A stretch of 63,633 nt of DNA, filler included, from Hausera hauseri (lineage: Eukaryota), in assembly GCA_046269625.1 (NCBI GenBank). It is 11 parts of 11 records of this genome, joined end to end, with 100 filler letters (N's around TTAATTAATTAA, not from the genome) between each part and the next. Parts side by side here need not be neighbours in the genome. Positions count along the whole stretch, not along the records: positions 34,945 to 39,704 come from JBJURY010446580.1; positions 39,805 to 45,051 come from JBJURY010299611.1; positions 45,152 to 51,031 come from JBJURY010175194.1; positions 51,132 to 55,239 come from JBJURY010757986.1; 7 more parts are not named here. One strand, 5' to 3'. The notes under the pieces are model-generated. The model saw nothing but the letters and a program-made list of their open reading frames with translations. It was not told the origin of the DNA and did not search any database. This document shows, one piece after another, positions 39,643 to 51,232 of this stretch. The position numbers and the translations under genes are program-made. Each line of letters starts with the position of its first letter. Within the stretch, counting starts at the first letter, position 1.

Positions 39643-39704
39643 GCCTTCGTAGCTCAGTGGTTAGAGCACTGGTCTAGTAAACCAGGGGTCGAGAGTTCAA
39701 TTCT
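39643..39704 (+). tRNA. tRNA-Thr(AGT), 3' end cut by the contig end
   Basis: GCCTTCG, TAGCTCAGTGGTTAGAGC D-arm, CTGGT-CTAGTAA-ACCAG anticodon arm (AGT 39676-39678), GTTCAATTC T-loop. Confidence 0.93.
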
Positions 39705-39804
39705 NNNNNNNNNNNNNNNNNNNNNNNNNNNNNNNNNNNNNNNNNNNNTTAATTAATTAANNNNNNNNNNNNNNNNNNNNNNNNNNNNNNNNNNNNNNNN
39801 NNNN

Positions 39805-39993
39805 TACATAGAGTAGCGTATTGTTCAAATCCAGGTATTCATTGTCCGATGCCATAATGTTGAATTGAATGTCAATGTTATTGTCCATTGAAACCGAATC
39901 AACGGAGTAGATTTCTTCAAATGCCGCATTGTCAATAACAACTAGTGGCGCCGCTTTGTCAAATATACACAATTCAGATTTTGCAGGTGCCAT
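39805..39993 (-). CDS. Maverick major capsid protein (double jelly-roll), N-terminus
   Basis: KSELCIF...IQFNI...EYLDLNNTLLYV matches the Maverick KSELDLF...IEF...YLDL..T.LYV pattern. Confidence 0.8.
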
Positions 39994-40378
39994 TTGTCTG
40001 TCTGTCTGTCAATCGATCGAAAATCGTACGACGACGACGTTTGTTTATAGTTGCAAAGCTAACTGATCTACCACGTCCACGTTTTCTCATCAAGCCACTG
40101 CCAAGAAATTGTTTTTTGACTGATTCAACGACCCTCTGTGCAGCGCTTTTTATTTCGGACAAGGCATGTATTTTCAGTGATGGTAAAATTGATTTGTTTT
40201 CATATAGTACATTATGTGCGGTTTTTACTGCCAAGGCTCCAGTACGCTTCAACACCGGAAATTCTAAACGTGCCAATGTACGCAACCATCCAGAGCCGTA
40301 CTGTTTACCGACGAAATACTGCAGTTTCCCGCCCTGCTGCGGTTTATTGTAAATGGATACGATTTCGGAATCAATCAT
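39974..40378 (-). CDS. Maverick basic core-like protein
   Basis: QQGG...FVGKQYGSGWLRTLAR.FP.LK motif and Arg-rich tail; lies just before the capsid gene. Confidence 0.7.
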   Translation of the reverse strand: MIDSEIVSIYNKPQQGGKLQYFVGKQYGSGWLRTLARLEFPVLKRTGALAVKTAHNVLYENKSILPSLKIHALSEIKSAAQRVVESVKKQFLGSGLMRKRGRGRSVSFATINKRRRRTIFDRLTDRQTNGTCKI

Positions 40379-41455
40379 GTTGTTGTTGGATTCGACGGAA
40401 ATGAAGTGTTAGACTGGTTGTTGTACCGTACGGAAATTCAATAAGGTAGCCCGCATCACATGGGATATTCACTTCAACATTGTTTATCGATGTAGATGCC
40501 ACAGATATGTACATTGAATTATCCAGCTTGACAGTGATATTGTCTCCGGCAATATACTTGCTGCTTTCCGAATAAATTGCTCGGAGTAGCAGTACACGTA
40601 TTCCACCTACCAAAATCGGTTCGGTGACATTCACGTAAATGTACATTTGACTTAATCCCGTTTTCAGTTTGAGTTTGAATGTTGCAACATTTGCCACCGC
40701 GGCCTCTGTTTTCGAATTTGATGTCTCAAACCGCTGTTTTTCAAAACTCAATACCATGACCAAAGCTCTGTCCAATGAAATATCGACAATATCGTTATCA
40801 AGTACAAATTTAATGTACCTATATTTATCTGACTCGAAAACTTTAAATATCGCTTTGTACTTTTTATTAGAAGAAAAGTGTTGACAGAGATGTGCTACAG
40901 ATTCGCAATAGACATTTTCTCCAATGACGTTGACACCCTTCCTGTTGTATAGGTAAATTTCACCGTTGTCTGGTAATATACGGGACTTAATCTTGGAGCA
41001 ACTATATTTTCACTTTTAATATGATTGCCTTTGTACTCTGTATTGTTGAATACAAATTTCTGTGCCATCTCAGAGGACGGAAAGGTAACATTAAATTCAA
41101 AATTTGCCATAAAAACTAAGTTTTTCTCTAAAATATAAACACGGATTTTGCCGTGTGAACCGGAACTTAATGCAGTTGTGCAAATGGCCGATTTTCTAAC
41201 CGTAATTTTATTGTTAGTAAGTGTTGGAGGAAAAGAATGTGTTTTGGTTTCAGTAACAATCTTGTACGTTATTTTCATATTACCTTTCAATATCACCGGT
41301 GCGTAGAAAAAGTTAAATTCCGTCAGTGCAACTTCCCATTGCCCAGCAGATAAATCCAAAGGATTGTCCGAATCTACAACGTATTCACTAGCGGAATTGT
41401 TTGGATGAGTCGTCACACAACTGTTGCTTGGAAGCACCATGTAAATACTCGTGAT
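40371..41455 (-). pseudogene. Minor capsid (penton) protein, copy 2
   Basis: IYMVLPSNS...PNNSASEYVV...LDL..GQWEVALTEF...MYIYVNVTEPILVG..LLR...LTLHFRR. Confidence 0.8.
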
Positions 41456-41491
41456 CTCGATGATGATGATGATGATGACGCAGTTTGTTTA

Positions 41492-42539
41492 TTATCGACG
41501 TCGAAAATGTAACGTCAAATGTGTCGTTGACCTGAACAGAAATTTAATGGGTTCCCAAAATTTATCAAACATATACACGGAAATACTGTGCACAATTTTG
41601 TAAGACAATATTAAGTACATGGGCCTGAACATAATAACGCGAACAGTTTCACCCGATGATGCTGATTTGTACGTATCAAAATCCAGTTCGATAGAATCCA
41701 GCAGTTGTTTACGTTCTCAACAAACGAGTACGGATTCGGTTAAGTCCGTTAAAATGTTGATTTGGTGAAATGCTCCATAAAGTTGTGGTTTGTATTTGGC
41801 AACAATAGATCGTCCAACAATGTGAAAACCCAGATTCTGAGCTAATAATTTATCAAAGGCAAAATATGTAACATTTTAATGTAGTGTAATCGAAATATGA
41901 CCATCTGCGTTTATTTCACGTCTTTACGGCTAATGCGGCCGTTTTCTTGACGTGTTCACACAATTCCAGTTTCGTTTCCATTAGTAAATCATGAGGTATA
42001 ATACATGAGCGGAAGACTGATTCTGACTTAGTCCACTTTACCATAATATTAGATTCCGCATCGGAAAAAAGGTCCAATTTTTCACCAATTATAACATGTC
42101 CACATAGCCGTAGACGTTATGAGTGTACATTGACTGATTGAAAACCCCATGTCTGAGCATCAGCTATAGATTTAAACTGAATTTCTATGGGATTTCGATG
42201 CATTAGTTTCATACGGTAGTTTGAAAAATAAGCATAAACCGAAAAATTTTCTCGCAAATAATTGCGAAGAACATATCGGTTATTGTGTCGGATTGTCCGC
42301 AAACGACTTGAAATCGGGTACGTTTCTTATCGGGTAAAGTAAATTCCACTGCTCTGACGTATTGTCATTGGTGAAAATGTAAACATGAATTCTGTCAAAG
42401 CCACTTCCCAGGCTCCCTGGCCTAAATCAACCGGTTGGTTCAAATGCACGGTAAACTGTTTAGCGGTATTGTCATCATTGTTGTCGTCGTCATGTTGTGA
42501 TAATGATCTGTTACTATCAAGTACCAAATAAATGCTCAT
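41492..42539 (-). pseudogene. Minor capsid (penton) protein, copy 1
   Basis: MSIYLVLDSN...NTAKQFTVHL..PVDL..GAWEVALTEF...PMY...LTLHFRR. Confidence 0.75.
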
Positions 42540-43620
42540 CACTCAATCTGAGATGCAAATATCCAACTCGGTGTACTGTATGCGTGCAACTTGCCGAGAT
42601 ATTGTTTATTCGAACCTTTGCCGCGTGAACGTAGAATTTCCTGAATACGACACACATCAGGTTTTTCGGTAGTACTTGCAGTTCCTGTTCGTAAAATTTG
42701 CCACGTATTTCGTCACCATTTTCATCTTCTAAAACATACATATCCGGATTTTGCTTTGTGTTAATTGCTAAAATTCGGAAAACCTAATCGCTCCAGTTCT
42801 GATTAAAATTCTTAATAAATGGTGCCGTACTCAGCTTTAAAATACGTACATAATCACCGATTTTACATTTTTGGCGACGTTTAATTGCCTGACATCCTCA
42901 TTGGGTTCGGTTGTTTTGATAAAGCTACATGTCCAAATTATCGATTACGTCAACCGACCGTAATCCATTGATACCACAATGTGTCGAATGATTGTATGCA
43001 TGAATAATATCCGGCAGTACATCTACCCAGCGTTTGTTGCCTTACTTCGCAAAGAATTTGTTTAGGCGACCGCATAATGTTCGATTAAATCGTTCAACGA
43101 GTGCAGCCTTTTATTGGGAAAACACCGAGTAGTGGTTTACGCTGAACCGTTTCAAGACCGCTGCAACGTGGGCGTTGTAGTATTCCTTACCCAAATCTGT
43201 TTGTAAATTCTTCGGTTGTTCTTGTTGTTGTTGTACCAGCAGTGTCTGACCAGCGTCAGCAATCCCTTTACCGGATTTAGATTTCACAGCAATTGCGCGT
43301 GCAAAACGACTAAACACATCAACACATGTCAGCACGTACCGATAACCATTATTGATGCTGGCGTAAGGAATCATTTCCATCAGATCAATTTGCCATACAT
43401 TATTTACACCGGCAGCACGGTATGCACGAGTTGGAAACCGCCTTCTTATCGGTTTGTTTAGGTTGCATGCTAACTGTTTCCCGAGCCAACGTTGAACCTG
43501 TTGCCGAGTCTCTTTGGCAGTCTTTGCTAGTTTGTCGATGCCAGTATAGCCGACGGGATGACGCGGATCGAACCACATATCGCCCATCATTGCCGTCGAT
43601 GGTGTCGGTGTTGCTTGCAT
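42540..43620 (-). pseudogene. Maverick retroviral-like integrase with chromodomain-like tail
   Basis: WQIDLMEM, YVLTCVDVFSRFA, LQTDLGKEY, KAALVERFNRTL, YNHSTH, GDYVRI, GKFYEQELQ. Confidence 0.9.
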
Positions 43621-43699
43621 TACAACAACTAGAACGAAACGTAAGTGAAAGATTCTGTAAACTGGGGCAGAAAGATAAAAACCATGCACCCATATCGCC

Positions 43700-44050
43700 T
43701 AATCCTCATATACTTACCGACATTGTTTATACTAGGCTGCTGTAAACCAGTGAGTCCGCCCAGTAATGACGTGACAATCGGTAGAATTGCATTAAGGAAT
43801 CCGCCGTCTTGCTGGTACATAACTATCGTTTCAGTCGTTTACTACGGTCGTTGGCAAGGTCAATGTGTCGTTTTCGATACTTTGGTAAATTCCGCTGCCC
43901 ACTACCAATGTCAGCGTGACCCACAACAATATTGTACAAAATTTGCATTAAATCATCTACTAGAAACTGAGGGAATGACCGTAGCATGTTTCGCTTATGT
44001 CTCGTAAGTGCCTTGAGCAAAGCAATTGTGGACGTATTAATGTTGATGAG
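43700..44050 (-). pseudogene. Small Maverick protein with C-terminal QxGGFL amphipathic segment
   Basis: ILYNIVVG...KYRK...QQDGGFLNAILPIVTSLLGGL. Confidence 0.6.
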
Positions 44051-44099
44051 ACGTAGTTGTTTATAACCGTTGCCACTGTGACGGTAATTTGCATTTAGC

Positions 44100-44912
44100 T
44101 GCTGCTGTTGTTGTTCTACAAAGCACAGAATTGATTAATCGCTTAACTGTAGCGGTGGTTCGTTTTGATACACATTTCTTGCCGGCAGACACCTGCTTGA
44201 TAGTATGTTTACGTTTAACAATTTTTTCGGAAATTTTTCACTTTTTTATCATAATCATGTCGTCGATTTTCGAATTTGTTTATAGATACATACACCACCT
44301 TTCTGATTGAAAATGTCTGTTCGTACACGCATATCATCGAGACACCTTTGCGTAAAGTCGATGAACAAGTATCCGTGTGGTTCAATAGTAGCCTCATGAT
44401 ATGTATCTATCAAGTAGGCTCGATTGTGAGGAAATGCTTGTCGTGTAACATAATCAACGATAGTTTAATCACGGGGATTTATGAACAACACCAAATAGTG
44501 TACATTTAGATTTCTTGTTCGATGCTGTCCGTCTTGATGGAACATGTTTTGCGTAATAAAAATAACTGTCACACCACGGCGCTGTGCAATCTTCGTGAAC
44601 AGATTCTTGAAGTCTGATTGTTTCGCGGCTTCCTGAAATAAATCGTCAATGATAATAACGTCACCGTTGCGCAATCTCTCTGAGCAGTTCTCACCAAACT
44701 CATCAATTATCCTTATCGATTTCAGTTTACAAAATTCTCGATGAGTCAAACTGGACTCACCATCATCACCAACACCTTGATGCCAGTATATGTGATTGTA
44801 CCGCGTTGAATGTAACATGTCACGGTAGTTCTGCAATAGTTTACACAAAAAGTGTTTTGCCACTTCCACTGGGGCCTACAATCTGGAAAATGGCATCATT
44901 CTGCAGCTTCAT
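44100..44912 (-). pseudogene. Maverick FtsK/A32-like packaging ATPase
   Basis: Walker A GPSGSGKT, Walker B IIIDDL, FITQN, NVHYLVLF.NPRD. Confidence 0.9.
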
Positions 44913-45536
44913 CCAATAATAGTAATAATACAAACTTTCTCACCACATGATTTGTTTATAATCATGTTACACGCATATAAATAGCTATAGTATAAAAACT
45001 GTTTCCATAATGTTAGCTAATATCAACTATCGCGGACATGTTACCGAGTGTNNNNNNNNNNNNNNNNNNNNNNNNNNNNNNNNNNNNNNNNNNNNTTAAT
45101 TAATTAANNNNNNNNNNNNNNNNNNNNNNNNNNNNNNNNNNNNNNNNNNNNAAGCTTTTGAGATTGGAAAATTTTGCAAATAGGAGATTTGTAGCACTAT
45201 AGACTTGAAAATGATGACGTCTTTTTGGTGGTGTTAAATCGATTTTCTCATAGACAACAAATAATTTCCAACAGGCTGTTTGATTCGAGAGTTGCCAAAA
45301 TCGGTTTGATTGACCATTTGTTAGTTCTTGGAGCACCTGATCTAGTGCATATTTGGTCGTTGGATTGTTACCGTCTAATATTTCTAACACTTCAATTTTT
45401 CCACGGTATATCAGTTTTGTACTATTAACATTGTACATCTGCTGTTTGTTTGGGTAGCAAAATCAAAGTTGATGTTTGCACAAATACAAATCCATCTCGG
45501 CATTTCGGGAAAGCGTAGACGTCAGCATAAGGAAAT

Positions 45537-48500
45537 TGTGGACCTTTGAGGTAAAAATTCGGGTCCGACTAAATATCCGACGCGACGGCAACGGAGGTTC
45601 GACTGTGTCCAATTAAATGGGTCATTGGGCACCAGCCTCTGTGGGTACCACGTCACCCCCCCCGTGGCAAAGTGAAAACTATGAAGATTAAAACAGACGG
45701 AAGAAAAACAAGCGCTAAACAAAAAAGTGTATGTGTCAGTCGGTCTTAGTGTGGACAAGACGTTGGGTGCCTTCTACTAATTTTTCCCTGCTATGTTTGC
45801 TGAATGTCACTGCGTGTTTTGCTTTTATGCTATTTGCTTGCAGAGTTTGAAGTTGGATAAAAAATTGTCGGATTTTGTTGAGTGTTGTGTCGTGCGAAGA
45901 CGAGTCAGAAAGAAGAGAGGAAGAAGAAAGCGAAGTAAAAAGAGAGATTGTGGGAGATGGATGGTTGAAGGTGTTTAAAGGAGTGTTTGAAGGCTAAGGA
46001 ATGATAAAAGGTGTAGTGGAGGATAAAGGAAGAGTGACAGGAGTTGGAGTAGAAGTTGGAATTGAATTTGGTGGACGAGTGGAAGTGGAAGATGAAAGAG
46101 AGGTAGTGGTAGAGGGAGGAAAAGAGATGGGAATGGAAGGAAAGAGAGGAGGAAGTTGCGAAGCGGAAATGAAAGGAGTAACATATAATGTGTGAGAAGA
46201 GAGGGAGGATGAAAGCGTTGAAAATGAGGAAGGTGTGGAACAAGAAAAAGAGAGAGGGAGAGAAGGGTGAAGAGATACAAAACGGAAGAGAACAAGAAGA
46301 TGGAGAAGACGAAGGACAGCAGTTGGAAAGTGGTATGCAAGAGGTTGGAATCATGAAAGAGGTAGATGTAGAGATTTGTGAAATCGAAGTGTGTTTGATG
46401 AAGGAAGTATTGTAAGAGAAAAAAGCAGGTTGTTAACAGGACATGAAAGAGGTGTGAAAAAGCTTGAAGGTGCATAATCGGATGGGGAGAGAGAGGCTAT
46501 ATTGTAAGAAGAAATTGAAGTAAAAGTCTTGGGAGAAAGCGTAGGCAAAAGTGGATTAAGAAATTGAGCAGAGATGGAAGGTGCATTGTAGGATTGCTGC
46601 GCGTCGTGTAGAGATGTTGGTGGAGAAGTGGTTTCGATGGGAGACGTATCGTCAATGAAGAAAGCCGTTTTAGCGTTGTTGATGTGGATTGTTACTTCTT
46701 CGTCGTTCTTGAGGATGATGATGTTATGGGAGTGTAAACAAATTACTTTGTAAGGGCCGAGATACTGAGGTTGAAAACCACACGGCGTCTGATTCTTTAA
46801 CTAAACGAACTTAGCAGTATATAAATCGTCGGGTATGTAAGGTTTATTTACGTGTAATAGTCTACAAAATGAGTCGTTGCTGATCTCAACGAAGTGTTTC
46901 TGTGCCGCTTGTATGGTTTCGTCTGTAGGAATACTGTCCAGCTCAGTCAACTCGAACAATGATTTGATAAAAGTGCCAAATAATGCTTCTGCAGGTGAAA
47001 AGCCTGTAGAAGTAGATGGTGTGTTCCGCCAGCCAAGCAGAACGTACGGAAGGAGTTTAGTCCAACTGTGATTGGACTCAGCAAGGATTTTGAGAGACGT
47101 TTTCATCGTTCGGTGAAAGCGTTCCAAAAGGGGATCATATGGTGACGTATGAATGTGGTCAATTCCCAATCGATTGACAAGAGCTTTAAACAGGTTGGAT
47201 TCGAACTGTGGACCTACGTCTGAAATGATGTGGCGAGGTGATCCAAACCTGCTGATCCAAATGCAGATAAAAACGTCTGCGATTGTTTCTGTGTTGGTGC
47301 TCCGAAGCAGGACCGCCTCTGGTCATCGCGAGGAACAGTCCATCATTGTGAGGATGAACTGATGGCCGTTGTCTAAGGGTAGTGGGCCTACAAGGTCAAT
47401 GTTAACGGATTCAAAACGAGACGTGCAGGGAAAATTATATAGTGGTGGCTTCAAATGCTTAGTAATTTTGTATTTTTGGCATGCCACACACTGCTTAACC
47501 CATGTCTGCACGTCAAAGTGCATCGACGGCCATACTACTTGACGTTGTAAGAGTCGAAAAGTGGCCTTGGTACCAGGATGGTGCAGCGAGTAGATGTTAT
47601 TGAGTGCTTCTTTTTGAAGCGATTCAGAAAGGATAGCTTTAGGATTATTAGATTTGGAGATGTCAACGGCCACATTGTCGATGGTTTTGCACGATTTAAA
47701 AGATTTAAGGATGTCAGGAAGTGGCTGGTTTAGTTGAAGTTTGGATTGAGGAAAAATTGGTGTGAAATCAAGCGAGCTGACCGATCGGAGCAGAAAGTCA
47801 GCTACTAAATTGTCGACTCCGTTTAGGTGCTTAATCACAAAATTAAATGAGGACAAATATTTGCCTCTCCTGACGTGGAGAAGGGGATTTCATGGTGAGA
47901 ATTTGAAGCAAAAGCTTGTGGTCCGTTTGTATTGTAAAAGTTCGTGCAGTTAGCAGATGTTTAAAGTGTTTTACGGCAAGGACCATTGCATGAAACTCTC
48001 TGTCAAAGGTGGAATATTTTTGCTCTTGTGTTGTGAATTTTTGAGAGAAGAATTCTAATGGCTCATGGGATCCATTTTTGACTTGATGGAGGACAGCACA
48101 TGCAGCTGTTGTAGAGGCGTCCGTGGTTAAGAAGAGTTCTGCATGGGAGTCTGGATAGGCCAGGATTTCCACGGTTTTAGATTATCTTTAAGGTGATCGA
48201 AAGCGTTGACTAGCTTGGCGGTCCACTAAATAGGTTGTTTTTCTTGCCAGAGATTAGTGAAGCAAATGGAGCGGTTAGAGTGGAGCAGTGTGGAACATAC
48301 TAATGAATAAAGTGAAAGGTTCAGAGGAAAGAATGTATCTCTGTTGATGTACGTGGTAGTTGTATGCTTTTGAGCTGTGTGATGCGGTCTGGCTGAGATG
48401 AATATTCGGAGGAGCTAATAACATGTCTTAGGAAAGTGACCTTATGTTGAAAAAAGGAGCATTTCGAGAAATTAATTTGCAAGTTGTTTTGGTGCAAGCG

Positions 48501-50715
48501 TTGGAAGATTAGACGTAATTGTTCGGAGTGTTGTTTCGAGGAGGATGATGAAATTAATATATCATCGATATAGGGATAGGAAAAGTATAAACCTGGCAGA
48601 ATTGTATCAATATAATTTTGGAAGGTCTGGGAAGTTCTACGGAATCCAAAAGGCATGAAAAGGTATTCGAAAAGGCCGAAAGGTGTAATGACAGCCGTTT
48701 TAGAAATGTCTTCTGGGGCCACCGGAATTTGGTGGTATGCTTTGTGTAAGTCAATGCAGAAAAAGATAGTCAAACCATGGAGCCTGTAAAGGATATCGTT
48801 GATTAATGGTAGAAGGTAGGCATCCATTGTTGTTATAATATTGAGTTGGCAGTAATCACCGCATGGGCGAAATGTACCATCTTTTTTTGGAACCACATGC
48901 AGTGGTGAAGACCACGAGGATTTGGATCTTCTTATTATTCCTGATCTTTCCAGTTTGAGAAACTCAGCCGCCACTGCCTGTCTGCGACGAGGCGGTAGCG
49001 GACGGACCTTTTGACGTATTGGTCTTTGATGTGCTGTTACTATGTAATGGAAGGTGGATTTAGGTGGTGCGAATGATTTGTCCTTTTGCAACAGACGTGT
49101 GCAGCAAGACGAAATATATTGCTGTAAGTTAGAGGACAACAATGAAAAGTTTTCAGATGGTGTCGATGCATCATAACTGGATGCAGTTAAGGTATGAGTT
49201 GTAGACAAGGTGTTGTGACAAGGTGGTACTAGGTGCAGATGTTCGTGTCGAAGATGGTGTTGGCAGCTGTACTATCAGTAATAGGTGCCACGCAGTTGGC
49301 AATATCGTATTTGTCACCGTAGGAAAAATTTCTGTATAATGAGTGATTATAAAAATAATTCAAATCTGAAGTCGTTTTCTTCAGTATTGACTTGCTGGAA
49401 GCGATCGCCCGGGTGGTCACCGAAATGCTGCTAATTTGATTAAGATGATTTCCGCACTTTAAGGAACATCGTTTGCCATCTACAAGTAAATTGTAGTGGG
49501 ATAGGAAGTTTGAACCCAATATAGGTGTGCGTACATTGGCTATTGTAAATTTCCAAGTGAATGTGTTTGGGAAATTTGGGAGTGTGAAAGTTAATTTAGT
49601 AACACCAAGAGTTTGTAAAGGTTCACAGGATGCAGTGAACAGTTGCTTTTTTGAAGTGAAATTGTTTTCCATGTGCTGTGTTGGTGGTAATAAAGAGATT
49701 GCTGCGCCGGTGTTTATAAGAAAGTTAATGTTTTGCTTTGTTGGAGTGACAACTGCCGCTTCCAACGTGAATACAGCAAAGGAAATGTGTTGGCTATCTT
49801 TTTGCAGGTTGTTGCCTTTGCTAGAACTTGCCGTGTGTCCTAGCGGAAAAATCAGTTTTTTGTAGCTGGTGAGTTTGGCCTACTATTTTGTGGGAGTTTA
49901 GTAGTGTTAGTTTTATTTTGTGTGTTGTAGTTACAGCTAGGTAGAAATTTTTGTGCTTTTGTTCCAAATTTTGAGTGACAGATGCAAACGATGTTGCTTG
50001 TATTAAAATTTGGGGAGTAAAATTTACAACTGATGCAGCATTTTGGAGCATTATTACCAAATTTGTTATGGTAATAACAAACAGACGACTGCGCGGGCGA
50101 AGGCGACCGTTTTTGACGTTGACTAAATACATTAGGGGAAGCAGCCCTATAAAAACCGCGTCGAGGCAGCGTTAACTCATTTAATTTCTCATTTATGTTG
50201 TTAATTGTCTTTTGTAACATTTCATTTTCCGTGCGTAATTGCGCAATTTGTTGCTGCAGCATTGCATTTTGTTGGTGTTAATCTGTTGTTAATGCCGCAG
50301 AGATAGTTGGTGCCATGTGTGAGTGCAGTACTTCATATGCTTTGTCCACCAGTTCGGCTAGCTTTTCCAGAGCCGTAGAATCCTCGACCACAGTGAGCAA
50401 GGCTCTTATTTGAATTGGACAATGCATTGAAAAGATAAAGACAAAGAAGTTCTGGACTATGCTCAGATGTTACGCCAAGGGTATTAAGATGAGACAAAAT
50501 GTGCGCAAGAATTCAGAAGGCCTCTGAAGGCCCATGGCGTTGTCGTTGAAGAATCTTTGAATGATTGAATCGATTAACGGCTTAGTAAGCTGGAGAACGG
50601 CATTACAAAGTTGAGTATATGGGTCGGTGTAATGAAGGATGTCGATGATATTGGTAATTTTAATTTTGATGTAAGCTGGTAAATGAAAAAAAAGCTGTTG
50701 GCCTTGAGTAGGTAG
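45537..50715 (-). mobile_element. Ty3/Gypsy element (gag 49821-50715, PR 49229-49765, RT 48321-49208, RH 47843-48172, IN about 46650-47856, PPT 45653-45663, short LTR about 45537-45652); decayed, 5' end missing
   Basis: CYYHNKFGNNAPKC, LINTGAAIS, SPLHVVPKKDGTFRPCGDY, YIDD, TDAS, IDLVGPLP, SDVGPQF; G-run followed by (T)GTGG...CCACA. Confidence 0.92.
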
Positions 50716-51131
50716 AAGTGTGGGCTCTCAACCACCGTGGGAAAATTTTTTCAGAAGCATTTTTCAAGCTTTCCTATATAATTTCCCCACCTATCGTGCA
50801 ATTCTGAGCATTTCAAGTCTCGAGGTCAGAAGACCCCCCCAGGATTGGAAGCACATGTCACATGTCGCACATGTCACCGACGGAAATCGATAGAGCTCAA
50901 TGGGGGGGGAGAAAAATTTTCTAGCGCGGCGAGAGTCAAATATTTTACTGGACGGCACTAGAAGCAAAAGAAGCAAAACAGGAAATTTTTATGAGAAACG
51001 CGACACGAGTTACGAATTTCGCAATCTTTGGNNNNNNNNNNNNNNNNNNNNNNNNNNNNNNNNNNNNNNNNNNNNTTAATTAATTAANNNNNNNNNNNNN
51101 NNNNNNNNNNNNNNNNNNNNNNNNNNNNNNN

Positions 51132-51232
51132 GAAAAATGTGAATATAATTGAAAACTAAATGTTTTGGAACACAAAACGTTTAGCATTTTGTGGTGGTAA
51201 TTATCATTTACCACCGTGCGCTAAAGGGTTAA
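51132..51232. mobile_element. Possible piggyBac-type element terminus
   Basis: Ends ...GTGCGCTAAAGGG|TTAA with a subterminal GGTGGTAA...TTACCACC palindrome; only one end visible. Confidence 0.4.

Larger units (their letters stand above)
39805..45051 (-). mobile_element. Maverick/Polinton (adintovirus-like) module: ATPase, small GGFL protein, integrase, two pentons, core-like protein, major capsid
   Basis: Gene set and tight same-strand packing typical of animal Mavericks; see sub-features. Confidence 0.9.

Noticed and set aside
39643-39993. tRNA next to the Maverick capsid gene as an integration site
   Set aside because: They lie on different contigs separated by a spacer, so the adjacency carries no information.
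46001-46415. Plus-strand Glu/Gly/Lys-rich ORFs
   Set aside because: Antisense shadows of the pyrimidine-rich minus-strand tract.
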